NCBI RefSeq assembly: GCF_009914755.1
Contig: NC_060931.1
DNA length: 64,000 bases
Origin: the human T2T-CHM13v2.0 reference genome, Homo sapiens
Strand: one strand, 5' to 3'
The position numbers and the translations under genes are program-made. This document shows positions 39,900 through 53,920 of the stretch, piece after piece (positions within the stretch are counted from its first letter, which is position 1; the number at the start of each line of letters is the position of its first letter). The notes under the pieces were generated by a model. The model did no database searches. It was not told the DNA's origin and saw only the letters and a list, made by a program, of their open reading frames with translations.

Positions 39900-42800
39900 C
39901 CTTCTTGATCTGGACCTTCAATATCAAGATCTCCTGGACCTATTCTCTTCTTCCCCAATGTACCACCACCACTATGACAATCTAATCAGCAACAGATGAC
40001 AGTTATCTCCTTTATGGTCACAGCTTCAAAGAGTACCTAGAGGTTGGTAAATCTCCAACTTCTCTCTCCAAAATAGTACTTTCTCCAAACTCCATACCCA
40101 GTTATCTCTTGGACAACTTCAACCAATACTCTGAACATCTCAATTTCAAAATGTCTAGAACACAGTTCATTCCCCTTGGTGAATCACACCCCCATCCAAA
40201 TAATTTTCTAAACCCAGAAGCCTTCAAATAATCGTAGATTGTTTCATTTCCCCACATGTTCAATCAACCACCAATTCCACCACCTAAATATTTTTCCATC
40301 CACTGCCACTTCCCTGAGCTCAGGCACTCAACACCCTTGGCCAGTTTTCTACAAAGGGCCTTTATCCTGTTTCCCAAATGCCCTGAGACTCTTTGTACTC
40401 ATCCCCTACTCTGGTCAGTGAGCCTTCCACAGTAAAAATCTGATCGATAGCATTGAACAAATGCATTTAACCAGCAAACGTTTATTAAATATTTGTTATT
40501 TTCTAAGCATTAGATTAGATGCTAGGTATAGAAAAATCAAAGGGTAAAATAAAATTTCTTAAGTTATTCAGAGTCTAGTGGGAAAAGTAGACAAAGTATC
40601 AACTATTCTGTAAATGCTGAGGTATGTATGTCTGCGGTATACACAGATACACATAAGTGTATACACATATACTTATTCAAATCCGCACACACACATACAC
40701 ATACATCTTTCTGTCTCTTATGTATATACCTATGGAATTTTAAGAAATGATAAAAGAAGCAACCCATCCATATGTGGAGGAAAACTTTGTAGAAGAAATG
40801 ACAATTTAACTGTCAGAGTATCAAGAGTTACCCAAGCAAGTGGCAAAGAAAGGGCACTTGAAACCAAAGAAAGTGTGAGCAGGAGCACCGCAAGAAGCCC
40901 CATTGGAGAGAAACTTTGTATGCTACAAAGAACTTTGTTCCTCTGGAAAGTGGGCAACTATTTTTTATGGTTTTCAAAGAGCCCAATCTGATGACATGGG
41001 TAAGGGGAAGTGTGGTAAGACCACCTGTAAGGAGACTGTTGCTGCAGTAGTACAGGGAAAGTAAAGAAGGCCTGTTCTAAGGAATTGGCAGCAAGGATGG
41101 AGAGGAGAGTACAGATTCCAGAAATATTTAGGAGGTTGAGTTGGCAGGACTTGCTAAGTGTCTAAATGTGGCGGGGGTGGAGGGATGGGGAAGGAGAAGC
41201 CAAGGATGACTCACATGCTTTTGACTTTGGGGACTTGGTGCCACCCTCATGAGATACAGCAGTGTTCCCAGATCTTTGGTTTTCAGAGGCCTGGAAACTT
41301 TCCAACAACTTTACAGCTCTGACAGAACATTGCCAACTAAAGACATTAATATACTCTACTATCTACTATCAATATCACTTCATAAATAAAGCATATTTTA
41401 ATATCCCAAATGTGAATAGATTTAGCTTTCTGAAAAATTTACCACAGGGCCCTATTTTTCTAATTGCATCACAGATGATGGAAAATTGGTACCAGGCCTC
41501 AGACCAACACTGCAAAGCCCTGAGGTAGAATATAGGAGAAGTCAGTGCAGCAGTAAGATGATGAGTTGAAGTCAAAGGAATAGACAGGCTTGCCCTGGCT
41601 AACTCTCCAGCCCTAGAGGAATGTATATATATTAAGAATTGTAAAAAAGTTCAAATGGTGTTGGAGGCCCTGAAGAAGAGGCATTCAACATACCTCGAGG
41701 GGAAGTGGCTGGGGAGCTGAGTCTCATAGGACAGTCTGGAATTTGCCAGATAAACAAAGGAAGTTTGGCATGGTCCTGGCAGAAGGAACAGCATGTCCAA
41801 AGGTATGTAGGTACACAGAAAAATTCATATTTGGGGAATTGCGGATAGTCTGGCATGATTTGGTGATTATCTTGGAAAATGGCAAGAGAAGAGCTGGAAA
41901 AGTACACAGAAGTGAAATTATGAGAGTTTAGTAATCCAGGCTAAGAAGTCTGGAAATTATCTTATGGGCACTGGGAAAAAAGCAAAGGACTTTTACAATG
42001 AACAATGCTATGGTAGGATGTGTCACTTGGAAATACTACTCTGGTTGCAGAATGGAAGTTGGATTATAGGAGAATAAAATTGGAGGTGAGGAAAACAAGT
42101 AGGAAGTGTCTGCAAAAGCCCAGGTAAAAAATATAGACAGATTGGTTACAGAAATAGTAGCAGCAGAGAGAGACCAATACAACTAACAAATATTGACTGA
42201 GCACATTATACTCTTCAGCTGTCTATCAGGATCATCAGGCAAGATCCCTGCTCTCTTAGAACTTATTTTCTACTGTTGTTAAACAAAGTTGAATCATGTT
42301 TTGCAATTAAAAAAGTTTAAGTGTACCAACCACTTTCACAAATCTATCTCCATTTTTAGGTTGCACTAAATTATATTCTATATGTAATTTATTAGACCAT
42401 TTCCCTGTTCTTGTAACATTGGCTCATTATTATCTTATGATAAATTCCTAGAAGTGGCATTTTAAAAATAAAATGATATACACTTTTTCTGAATCAAAAT
42501 ATATATATTTTTTGAAAGTTCTTGATCCAAACCACCTGACAGAAGATTGTACCAATTTATACTCCCATAGTGATATCTAGGAGGTGGAATCCAGAAGATC
42601 TGGTAACCTACCAGAATGTACAAGTTGAAAGAGAAGTTTGAAATGAGTTTCACGTTTTGGTTTAGACAAGGTAGATGATAGTACTATTTCCAAAGGCCAT
42701 AAGAAGAGATGAAAATAAGATGAGTGAAGTAATTAATGAGCTCAGTCTGGAAAAGATTAATTTGAGATGTCTGTGACATTCAGGTGGTAAAGTCCAATAA

Positions 42801-42990
42801 ACAACTGTAAACATATACTTCTCAGAGCTCCAGACACAAGTCAAGCAATAGTTTGGGAAGTTATCAGCCTCCAGATGAGACGGAATCTTGGAGGCAAAAC
42901 ATAAAACAAGCAGAATAGCATCCCTAGATGAATCAGAGAGGTGAGCAAGAAAATAGATGAAGAAAATGATATCATAAAACATCAAGGGAA
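39900..42990. mobile_element. Cluster of degraded L2 fragments (sense ~39900-40450; antisense ~40455-42990), possibly with a hAT MITE relic at ~41260-41520
   Basis: L2 3'-end signatures (aaacgtttattaaatatttgtt; aacaaatattgactgagcac) and purine/pyrimidine-skewed bodies. Boundaries are rough. Confidence 0.55.
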
Positions 42991-42999
42991 TTAAAAAAA

Positions 43000-44048
43000 A
43001 TTCAATGTATGGCATCATCAAAAGCAACAAAATACGTATAAATTTAACAAGAGTTCTCTGTACAGTGAAAACTACAAAACAATATTGCAAGAAATAAAAG
43101 AGCTAAATAAATGGAAGGACATCCGTATTCATGGATCAGGAAGACTTGATATTGTTAAGAGGCAATACTCCCCAAATTGATCTAGAGCTTCAATGCAATC
43201 CACATCAAAATCCCAGCTGGCTTTTTAGTAAAAATTGACAAGCTGATCCTAGACTTCATATGATAATGCAAGGAACCCAGAATAGCAAAAAACAATCTTG
43301 AAAAAGAAAAACAATGTTCGAAGACTCGCACTTCTCAATTTCAAAACTTACCATGAGCTGTAGTACCTAAGACAGTATGGTACTGGCATAAAGATAAACA
43401 AACAGATCAATGAAATATAATTTAGAGTGCAGAAATTAACTTTCATGTTTATGCTAAATGAATTTTCAACAAATGTGCCAAGACCATTCACTCAGGAAAG
43501 AATAATCTTTTCAACAAATGATGCTGGGATAACTGGATACCTACATGCAAAAGAATGAAATTGGATCCTAACCTCACAATATACACAGAAATTAACTTAA
43601 AATGGATCACAAACCTAAATGTAAGAGCTAAAACTATAAAACTCTTAGAAAAAAACATAGCAGTAAATCTTTGTGACCCTGGGTTAGGCAATATCTTAAT
43701 TATAACACCAAAAACATAAGCAATATTAGAAAGAACAGATCACTACAGATTCATCAAAATTAAAAATGTTCATTCATTTGTAAGAAATGGCCAGAGTAGG
43801 CAAATCTACAGAAACAGAAAGTAGATTAGTGGCTGCCTAAGGCCAGGGGTGTGGGGGTTGGGGAAAAGTGGGGAATGGCTGCTAATGGGTATGGGGTTTC
43901 TTTGAGGGAGAATGAAAAGGTTCTAAAATCAGACTGTTTAACAATGGTTGCACAACCCTGTAAATATAGTAAAAACACTGAATCAAGCGCTTTAAATGGG
44001 TGAATTGCTTTGCATGTCAAGTATGTCTCAATAGAGCTGTTTAAAAAA
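43000..44048 (+). mobile_element. L1M (L1MB-like): ORF2 3' fragment joined to the 3' UTR by an internal deletion at ~43770
   Basis: aaataaatggaaggacatcc..ttcatggatc..gatattgttaag; ttcaacaaatgatgctggg; ends tctcaatagagctgtttaaaaaaa. Confidence 0.88.
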
Positions 44049-44169
44049 ATCAAGGCAAGAGTCAGTTTCAAGAAGAAAGAAGTGGTCAATGGTGTATATA
44101 AGATAAAGAAGTGTGTTCTGCTCTTTAAAATCCTTCTATTGTCTTTTATCCACTGGACAAAGTAGCAGA

Positions 44170-44410
44170 AGAAATAGCTAACACTTATTGAGTGCTTACT
44201 GTGTGTCAGACACAATGCTAATAATTTTGTTTTATGTATTTAAATCTCTTTACCCTATAATACAGGTACCATCATCTCTTTCACAGATGAGAAGAATTAA
44301 GGTATAGAAGTTTAGTAAATTGCCCAGCATCCTAAAGACTGTAAATGAGAGAGCCAGGATTTGTACTCAGAAAACCAAGCAAGAGAACCCTCACTCTTAA
44401 ACACTGCATA
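44170..44410 (-). mobile_element. MIR
   Basis: atagctaacacttattgagtgcttactgtgtgtcagaca...cacagatgagaagaattaagg. Confidence 0.8.
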
Positions 44411-44439
44411 CCCCATCCCATGGCTTATTAGGTCACTCG

Positions 44440-44760
44440 TGATCTTGCCCCACTCGCCACTCCATCCTCATCTTTTATTGGATCCTAAAAATACTTACAG
44501 TTGCTAGAATGTGCGTGATTTTTGTGCTGTGCCTCAACACCAGCTGTTACTGCTGCCTAGAAAGCTCTCTTTTTCTCTGTCCATCTGGTGACGTCCCTAC
44601 TGATCTTCAAAGATTCTGCTCACACATTCTCCATATCCTTACTGTCTCCCCTTCCACCCTCCCTCTCCCACAGCCAGGACTCCTCTGTGCTACCACAACA
44701 TACCTGACTCATTGGGGGTGCTCAGCCATGATTGCTGAATGGATATATAATATGAATTAA
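44440..44760 (+). mobile_element. L2 3' fragment
   Basis: Pyrimidine-rich body ending gtgctcagccatgattgctgaatgga. Confidence 0.5.
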
Positions 44761-47700
44761 GAAAAATATTCAGTTGTCCTATAAGAGAGTGTACTGTATT
44801 TTTGGAAGAAGCCTGAACCAAGTCTGATAAATTAAGTGGGGGATCAGGCTGAGTAATATTCTTTTGGGTCCAAAAAGAGGTGTGATAATAAAGTAAAGAT
44901 GTTGATTCTTTGGCCCATAAAACGATTCTGAAGATAATTCCAAAAGAGTCTGAAAATGTTTTGCTCAATTAAAGTAGGGCTAGAAAAACTGGACTGCTTC
45001 CCATGGGACCAGATTTATTTGGTCATATAAGTTCTTGTATGGAGTGTTTTCATTTTCTCTTTGTCTCATTATTTTCAAGTCACATGGGATAAGGCAATTA
45101 TCCTTTTACTAAACATATTCCATTTCCTAAAGAGCAAGTCTCTGAAAAGTTATTGTCGTTTTTCCCCTCATGCTTTCTTTCCTCAGTAACTGTCTTGACA
45201 TGTTCAAGAAATATTTTATTATCAGAAGGGTGATTTTGCTTATTTCCAAAGAGGGAAGCAATTTGCTACACTTTAATTTAAACCTACCCTTAAATCCAAG
45301 GAATGTTTGGCTCATGAAAGGGAAAACAAGGTCCAGAATCTATTAACTTGTGATCCACAGCCTTCAAAGCAATTTACATTCAGTATACATTTGAGTTCAT
45401 TTAGCTGTCAGAGTAAAGTCTAAATCCTCTGGGTATCTTGCTAGTAAAAAAGTATACTCAGACCAAAACTAGGTCACAAAATGTGTTACAATGACAATGT
45501 GTTTCACTCTTCCAACATTTTGAGAAATTTCCAAGGAATCACAAAAAAGAAAACTTCCTGAAAGAAGTAACTTCATACCTTAAATCACATCCTAGATAAG
45601 CCCTGTCCCAGTATGGATTAAGGGCATCATTAAAACAATAGAAGAGAACTAACTGTGCCACAGCACACATTCAGTCGTGCTATTTCTTCCAAGTCTAAAT
45701 CTTCCAAGTCTAAATCAATAAGCCTATCTGTGTTTAAATGTCCTTCAAAGATTTTAATATCCAGATAGTTTAATTTAACCAGTTTTTCTTGTGTCAGAAT
45801 TTTATAGATTTTTACATTATGCATTTTGAATTAGTTTATACAAAGGTTTGATCTAAGCATTAGCCTATTAAGTACATCTCTGTTAATGTCATTTACTAGT
45901 GTTTCTTAGCTGTTACTAGGAGGTCATTCTACTAAAGCCACCTTCTTGTCCTACATTTAAGTGTTATTTGAGCATAAGGTCACTCTCTGAAGAATATCCA
46001 CTGAAACTAAGATGGAAAGTTGTAAACACAGAGCAATGCTACCTAAATGGAGGACAAAGGTAACACTACCAGCAGCTGAAATTAACTTGGAAAAAAAAAA
46101 AAAAAACTCATCCAAAAAAAAAATTTCACTTAGCATGCATGTATCAGTTTTTTTTTCTGTAATGAGCAACAGATTTTTTGAAAAATATAACCCTAGGAAT
46201 AAATATATATTTATACAATTTTTTAAAAGTTATAGACATATGGATATTTAATCACTACCTTCTTGGTTTGCATTTCTTTGTTTCAAGTAAAAGAAAAAGC
46301 AAAATTGACAAATTAGCAGATAACAAGTAGCTCTATGAGATCATAGTTTTTACTGACTTGTTTCAAGATACAAAAATGATAACAAACCAGATAGTTTAGA
46401 CAGACTCTTAGTCTTTTAAATCATTCTCATAGAATAATTTGAGAGAAAATAATATTTTATAAGTTGCTACGTGCATAAATATTGTTTATTTATCCTAAAC
46501 ATTGTTTCTTCAGTCTTGGATATTCCACATCTCTTTTCTACATTGTAAAGATATACAGTCTATTTCCCTTTTACAATTGAAAGGGAAAACTGAGTTGGTA
46601 AGAGTAGGATATTTTCCCCTTAACTGTAAACACATTATTTTTTATTCAAAAGAAAATGATCTCTGTATCAAAATTCAAAAAAAACCCTCAAAGTCTATAA
46701 TTTATATTTTAGTAACTGTTTAATCATAGAGGTAAATAAACAGGGCACTTTAAAATATTCCACTTATACCAGTTAAACTTTTTTTTAAATACCACTATCA
46801 AGTCATGTGCCAAAAATTTATCTCCAGGAGGTTAGCTTTTAGTCAGAGAAGTTATATCAATGAACAGACAGAAAAGTATCCATAAGCAGGACATGAGACA
46901 GGTAACATGGTATCCCCTGAACTGAACTGATGGACAAACTCTAAGATGGAAATAGGGAAAACCAAAATGTGGGGATGAGGATGATCTACCAATAGAAAAG
47001 GCCCAAGAGACTATGACCACCCCACATCGAACAGACTAGGCTGTGATGACAACTAAACGGTACTTTTACAAAAAGTATGTATGTTATCTATAGAAAAGCA
47101 AACTCTGGAAAGACACAACTGGCAGCATGGCTCAACCCTGTCATAGGTGAGAGTTTGTGAATGAAACTTCCTCTCCTACAGCCAAAATGGATGCAACTGG
47201 CACCAGAGCTTGAGGCTATCAGACATTAATCTCATCAGCTAACTCCCCTCTCCAGGTTCCATGTCCACAATGCAAGTATCCTACTATAACCTGGCTTTCC
47301 CACAGACAAGCATGCAAGGGAGACAATGATTTGGCTGGCAGATGCAAGCATACTTGACATGTACAGTTTTTACTGGAAAAGAATGCATTAACATTTTTGT
47401 TCAAACCTCAGTTTTCTTGTGAGGTCGGGATGAGTCTGTCAACCTTGGACTCCCAAACCCTCTATATATACTAATGAAATTGGGCTTCTAGGCATTTAGT
47501 GCCAGGTGGATACTGGAACATGGCAACCACATCACAGAATTGGCTCCCTATGTTTGGGCAGCCAGCCATTGTTCTGACTGCCTCTTAAAAAGGCCCTGGC
47601 CCTCAGACATACCTTTTCTTCACACTGTAGCATAATGTTTCTGCATTTTGACTTTAACTCCTACAACTTTTAACCTATAAGAATAAAGATCAGGACTACC

Positions 47701-48699
47701 CTGGTTTGTTAGAAGAACTTCTAAAGAAATCAACTCTTTGGGCAGCACAGATGAGCACTTTTGAAAAGGCTAATTGTTAGTTTGGTTTATACTGAATTGT
47801 TTTGGTTATGAATTGCCTCATGGGATGGGAAATCCCCTGCAGGGCCTTGTCAAACACCTCCTCACTCTCCACGGAAAATCAGCCAGACAACAACGGGATC
47901 TTGGACACCTTCGATGTGTTAACACTGGAGGTGCTCCAGTGAGCAAAACTGTCCCCTCTGGAAGTTACTGGAATCACTATCCTGGGAGCCACTATAACAG
48001 ATGACTCTACTTTTCTCAAGTGTGCTAGGGTGGAAATTAAATTGAAAATGACTCGTCCTGAATGATGACTTGACTTTTCAAGTGAATTTTGTCAACACTG
48101 TTAGAGAATTTTGTTCCTGGCTTTAGCCATACAAAGCCCAAATTTGTCCAATTCATCTGATGTAAGACTAAACAAAGGCATTAATGAATAAAAAGCAGAA
48201 AAAAAACAGTGCCAAAATCTTTGTATATTTTAGTGCATAATACATTTATCTTCTTCTAGGCAAATGGCATGCAACTTGTTTCTAATTCAAAGAAAGATAA
48301 TGGAAAAAAACTGTTTACAGTAGAATAATGTTTAATAATTCATAGCTTGATGATCTAATGAAATTACTTTAAAATGCCAAATGTCAAAATGCTTTATCAA
48401 ATCTCTTCTTTTGCATTTCAACTCTAAGTTAACATTTTGATGAAAAAGGAATTCAACAAATATTAACTGTGTTTTAGGAAGGATTTGCCCAACTTTTGCT
48501 AAGCCCAGTTAGCACACTAATTTTTATAGATCTGCTATATAAGAGAGTTCTTACTTTTTATAAAATGTCACCCTAACAATTTTTTAATGTCTACATATCA
48601 GTGAATAAATCCACTCTTATTGATGAATGAGGGAGAGTCTCTCTGTTGCTAAGGGAACCCAAGTGTGCTGACCACTTTAAAGTCTTCCACAGGCTTGGG

Positions 48700-50680
48700 T
48701 CCCTCTTAGGACAGCCAATCCCTCTGCTTCCTCCTCTTCAACATCTAGCTCTTCCTTCTCCTGCCCTCTCTTCCTAACTCCAGACACTTCCTCAGCCTTT
48801 ACTTAGGGCTCCCAATTCCTCCCTGCTTCACACAAATGTCCTTTTCTTGTAATAGAAGATCAAAGCTATTGTCTTCTTCTATATGGATCTTCTGTCCCTC
48901 ATGATTCACAGGAAAGTGTCCTCCTCTTCAAGACGAACCCTATTCCTCCTGAACTGTGCCTCTCCACAATATGCTAAATCTGCAATTCATCAGCTTTTAT
49001 TCCCTTTCATTCAATTCCCCTTTAAGTGTTCCCCTCCTGGCTCCTTCTAATACACTTCCCTATTTCCTCATAACAACAAAAATGTTTAACTGTGCCTATC
49101 TCTATCAGATTGTCATTCTGCCAGCCACATTCCATGTCCCCCAATTTACTGAATGACAGTCTACACTTTGTGCTACAGTTTCTACACTTTGTGCTACACT
49201 TTCTCACTCCTTAGTTATCTATTACCAGGTTTCCCCTCTTTCTCTTCCAGCGAGATCTGTCTCTCAAATGGATAGCAGTAATTCCCCACTACTGGATGCA
49301 GTCTTTAGGCTCTTCCACCTCTTGGACGCACCTCAGATACCAGAATGAGATGCCTACTCCTCCCCGAAACTCTCCCCTCCCATGGCTTCCCTGAGAGTTT
49401 TCTTTTACTTCTCCCTCTACTTCTCTTGTGTCTGCTTTTCTCTCTGCCCCCTTTTTTCTCCTTCAATCCTAAATGCAGAGTCTCAAGTTTCCATAGTCTT
49501 TTTTTTTTTTCACTTAAAATACAGGATTTCTTGCTCATTCATCTATTTAATATACAGGGTCCTATTTGCCAGTGACCCTGAAGATCTACTACAGACAGCA
49601 ACTGTGTCAGAGGCAATTTTGAACCGCCTGTGCTGTGAAGGTTGGCATGGGTGAACAAGTCACTTAGCTGGTGACAGCCTAGTCATGTGCTCAGTAACCA
49701 CACTGGGGCATTCGTGATTTTCTCCTTATTGTGGGACAAATTATATGCAAAAGTGATATTCCAAATGTGGGGCTCAAAAAAGATTTCTATACATCTCCTT
49801 TAAGAATGCCACAGGTTTTCCGGATTCCTATCTGGATGGAGCTCTCAATTTCCTGAACTTTGACTATAACTCTGCCTTGGCTATTTCCTGAAAACACATG
49901 TAACTCAACATGTTCAAAACTGAGTTCATCATTGTCCCTCCAAACCTGCTCCTTCTGCTGTGAATGCTATTTCTAACAGTGACATCACCATCACTATCCT
50001 CTCACTCAAGCATAAAACCATAATTCATCTTGTTGACCCTACAGCTCTGTTCACCTACACATCTAACTAGCTACCCACATTGGCCAATTCTAGGACTTAA
50101 CTATCTCTCATATGCAAACCTTCCTCTCATTTCAAGGGCACTACCCTAATTTAGGCCACCATTATTTTTTCTCTCTCCAGGGAATGGTCAATCTCCTAAC
50201 CAGTTCACCTGTCTCTAGATTCCATTTCAGGCCGCTTTACCCTCTGCTATGATTCTGACCCTATCGATTGGGCATTATCTCCATTCCTCCTCTTCTCCTC
50301 ACACTGTGGTTAACTCAGCACCTCAGGTTCGTCTGCCATACGTGATGTCATTCATCTCCATGTATACGATGTGTCTGTTTCTTTTCACATCGTTCTTCTC
50401 TTGTTTGGAGCCTCATTTTCTTGCTCCTGCAAATTAAACTTAATTTTGTCTTCTGAACTGGCCTAGAATTGTGTCTGTATCTCTGAATGGTCACGATAGC
50501 TTTATTCTTTGTATTACAGTAATTGGCACAGGTACACACACACTTTCTCTCTCCCCACTAGGTTATAAACTCACTTAAAGCAGAGATTAAGGAATACACA
50601 ATCTGACCCACTGTGTAGTCCCTATAGTAGGTGCCTTGCATTCAGGGGGGGCTCAATTAACCTCTGTTAAACCAAAAGTC
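48700..50680 (+). mobile_element. Large degraded L2 region
   Basis: aactcaacatgttcaaaactgagttcatcattgtccctccaaacctgctcc and other L2 motifs in a pyrimidine-rich body. Confidence 0.6.
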
Positions 50681-51439
50681 ATCTAAGGCACTATTTATGA
50701 ACATGTTCTATGCCATGTACTGCTATTCCCTGTAGCAACATTAATTCTGGGAATAAGATCTAATATGTAGCTGGATATCCTTTGCATCTCTGGGCCCATC
50801 CCAAAAACATCTTCGATTCAGGCAATCTCATTATCCAAGTTCTAGAATGGACTCTGAGGAAACCTAAGAACAGAGACACCATAGAAGCAAGCCTCATTTC
50901 TTGGGATGTATCCTCAGCCTGGTGAGTATCAAGGCTCTACTTAATTTTCCATCCAGAAAATAACACTTTATCATTTTGTCCAATATCCAGTAACTTCCGA
51001 AATGATGGATTAAAAATCATTATAAAGCTTCCAAATCTGTTTTACCTTTACAAGCAAGAAACTTCTCAGATGTGGAACCATCTAAGAAATTCTAACATGA
51101 ATTGTGTGAGAAAAGTCAGTATTATTAAAATATTTTATTTATATTTAAATATAAACAAAAGAAAATAGATAAAAATTTCAAAATTAGCTAATAACGACAC
51201 TTTTGAATCAATTGTAAATTTTATTTCACTCTTTTTATTTTGATTGGGAGCAGAGAACAACTTTTATTTATAACAGGAATTCCTTTCTTTAAACACTGGA
51301 ATTAAGCTTTTAGAGAATGGAATATTTCTGAAATTTCTAAGAAATGAACTGGAAAAATTGCCTTCAAAGTTTCTTTCTTAAATAACTGTACATACATGCG
51401 TGCTCTCTCTCTCTCTCTATCTGAAATTACAGGGACATA

Positions 51440-51580
51440 GAATTTTAAAGCTAGAGGTCATCAAGCCTTAGCCCTTCTTTTTGAAAATGAGGAAACAGGC
51501 AGGGAATGGTTAAGGTGTCCTGCCCAGGATCTCTCTGAACTGCTCCCTCCACCATACCACTCTTGGCCACATAAGCACCT
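51440..51580 (-). mobile_element. MIR
   Basis: tttgaaaatgaggaaacaggcagggaatggttaaggtgtcctgcccagg. Confidence 0.65.
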
Positions 51581-51611
51581 CCCAAAATTAATTTCAAGAG
51601 AGAAAGAATAT

Positions 51612-51925
51612 TCTCTTTCCCTCCTTCCTTCCTTCTTCCCTCCCTTCTCTCTTTCTCTCTTTCTTTCTTTTGGAGTGCAGTGGTGTGATATCGGTTCACT
51701 GTCACCCCCACCTCCCAGGCTCAAACAATCCTCCCACCTCAGCCTCCTGAGTAGCTGGGCCCACAGGCGTGCGCCATCATGCCTGGCTAATTTTTGTACA
51801 TTTGGTAGAGATGGGGTTTTGCCATGTTGCCCAGACTGGTCTCAAGCTCCTGACCACAAGTGATCCACCCGCCTTAGCTTTCCAAAAGTGCTGAGATTAC
51901 AGGTGTGAGCTGCTGCGCCACCCCG
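51612..51925 (-). mobile_element. AluJ with its 3' end replaced by a CT-rich tract
   Basis: tggagtgcagtgg...gagctgctgcgcc, preceded by (CTTC/CT)n. Confidence 0.85.
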
Positions 51926-52035
51926 CCTCTCTTTTCGTCTCCTCTTCTCTCCTCCCCTCCCCCCCGTTCTCTCCCCTTCCCTTCTCCTTTCCTTCCCCTC
52001 CCTCCCTCCCTTCCCTCCTTCCTTTCCTCACTTTC
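51926..52035. repeat. Polypyrimidine/polypurine low-complexity tract
   Basis: ctcctcccctcccccc...cctccctccctcccttccctccttcc. Confidence 0.9.
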
Positions 52036-52262
52036 TTATTTGTATATATTCATGGGGAACAAGCGCAATTTTGCTACACTGATATACTGCATTGTGGTGA
52101 AGTCAGGGTCTTCAGTGCATCCATCACTGGTGCAACTTACATTGCACCCATCAAACAACCTCTGATCATCCACCCCTCCATCCAGAACTCTGCCAGTCTC
52201 CACCTCTGAGTCTCCATTGTCCAACATTCTACACTCTGCTTCCATGTGTACACATTATTTAG
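52036..52262 (-). mobile_element. L1 (L1MA/L1PB-type) 3'-end fragment
   Basis: gcaattttgctacactgatatactgcattgtggtgaagtcagggtcttcagtgcatccatcac...ccatgtgtacacattatttag. Confidence 0.8.
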
Positions 52263-52763
52263 GGAAATAATATTATTCTTACACCTTAAAAACTATCAAG
52301 TATTCTTCAAGGAAGCTTCTAAAATATTTGAAAAAATGGAAGGAGGTAGATTTCATTCAATATTCTAATATAACTATCAATCCTTGCAAAGGAATTCCAG
52401 TTTATTAAAAATTTGACCTGAAATTCCAATACATCCTTCTGGGTTAGCAAATGCCTCTAATTTTCTAAAATTATGGGCTATGTGCATTCAGTATTAAGAG
52501 AATTCTGTCTACTTAACAATCATTCTCTCCTCTCAAAGTCCAGGCCAAAGACATAAAGTGCTCGTTTACGGTACAAGCAGCTATCACATGTCTTTTAAAC
52601 TATCCGACTGTTCTGCTTTATGTACACAGCTGCAGTTCCCACCGTTTAGGAGTTTACAATATATGATCATTTCCTCTATATAAAAATGCACTACTTTTTG
52701 CATGCTTTCATTCCTTTAGGTGGTAAAGTATGTTAATGATGGTGCCCACTCAATGCTGTAAAT

Positions 52764-52975
52764 TAGGGTTTCTCAACCATGGAGCTATTGATATCTGAGG
52801 CTGGATAACACTGTTATGGGGATACTGTCTTGTGCACTGTAGAATGTTTAGCAGCTTCCCTCACCTCTACTCACTAAATACTAATCATATCCCTCCATTT
52901 GTGACAACCAAAAATATCTGGAAATGTTGCCAAATGTCCCCTAGGAGCAAAACTGCCTTCAGTTGAGAACTACTA
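52764..52975 (+). mobile_element. MER20 (hAT-Charlie)
   Basis: ggtttctcaacc...tgtgacaaccaaaaatatct...ttgccaaatgtcccct...gttgagaac, with terminal inverted repeats. Confidence 0.88.
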
Positions 52976-53164
52976 CTATAGAGGGCCAATTCGTCATTCT
53001 GCGTTCTTACAGTTTTTCAAATATGCCCTTCCCATGTACACCCAATATTAAGATGACTGGCAGTAATTAATCTTTTCAAGTACTTCTTGTATAATAACTA
53101 ATATTATACTGTATTTGTACATATCATTTCAATGACATTTTTAAAGAAATAGGCTATCTTGCAC

Positions 53165-53920
53165 AATCAACCACATAATAAGCACTTATTAAGTACTTGC
53201 AATATGGTTAGCAGTATGTGAACCTTCAATAAGTCACAGGTTTTGCTTACAAGGAGCTTTCCCTATAGATGAGGAAAGAAGACATGCACATGTGAATAAC
53301 TAAGGACACTGTAGGACAAGATATAACACAACACTAAACCAGGTGATATAAACTTCACAAGGGAGGAGTGAACGTTAGTACTAAAGTTTTCAGAAATGCT
53401 CCCATGGAGCTGATGACAGCCAGGTGCAACCTTTGAAGATGAGTGAATATCACATAGGTAACAAGGAGAAGAGCAAGTAAGCCATGGAGGGCAGCCACAT
53501 GAACCAGGCTGGTTGGAGAGAGCAAGCAGGCTCCGTTTGAGAGCCATGAGGGCAGAGTCCCCATTTAGAGGACAGTGTGGGACATGAACATGTAAGACGG
53601 ATACAGATCACGAAGAGCTTTGGACCACAAATCAAAAAGTCTGGGTTTGAGATGGTAGACATTCAAGACCATTTTGGGGCACATGTGTGATGTGGGAAGA
53701 AGGCATCATATGAACTGGAACATAACCCAAACGAGAGAGAGAAAAAAGTTACTCATACAGGTTTATATTGATTGACTCCCGGGACAGTATGAAAAGGGGG
53801 AAAAAATGGGCACCAGGAAATGTTTTAAAGGGAAAATCTATTAGACTTGGTTAATATCAAACTATGACAAGTAGGATAAATTAATCTTCAAGGTTCAAGT
53901 CTGGATGAGTAGAAAAAGAA
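53165..53920 (-). mobile_element. L2 relic
   Basis: aataagcacttattaagtacttgcaatatg, followed by a purine-rich body. Confidence 0.55.
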
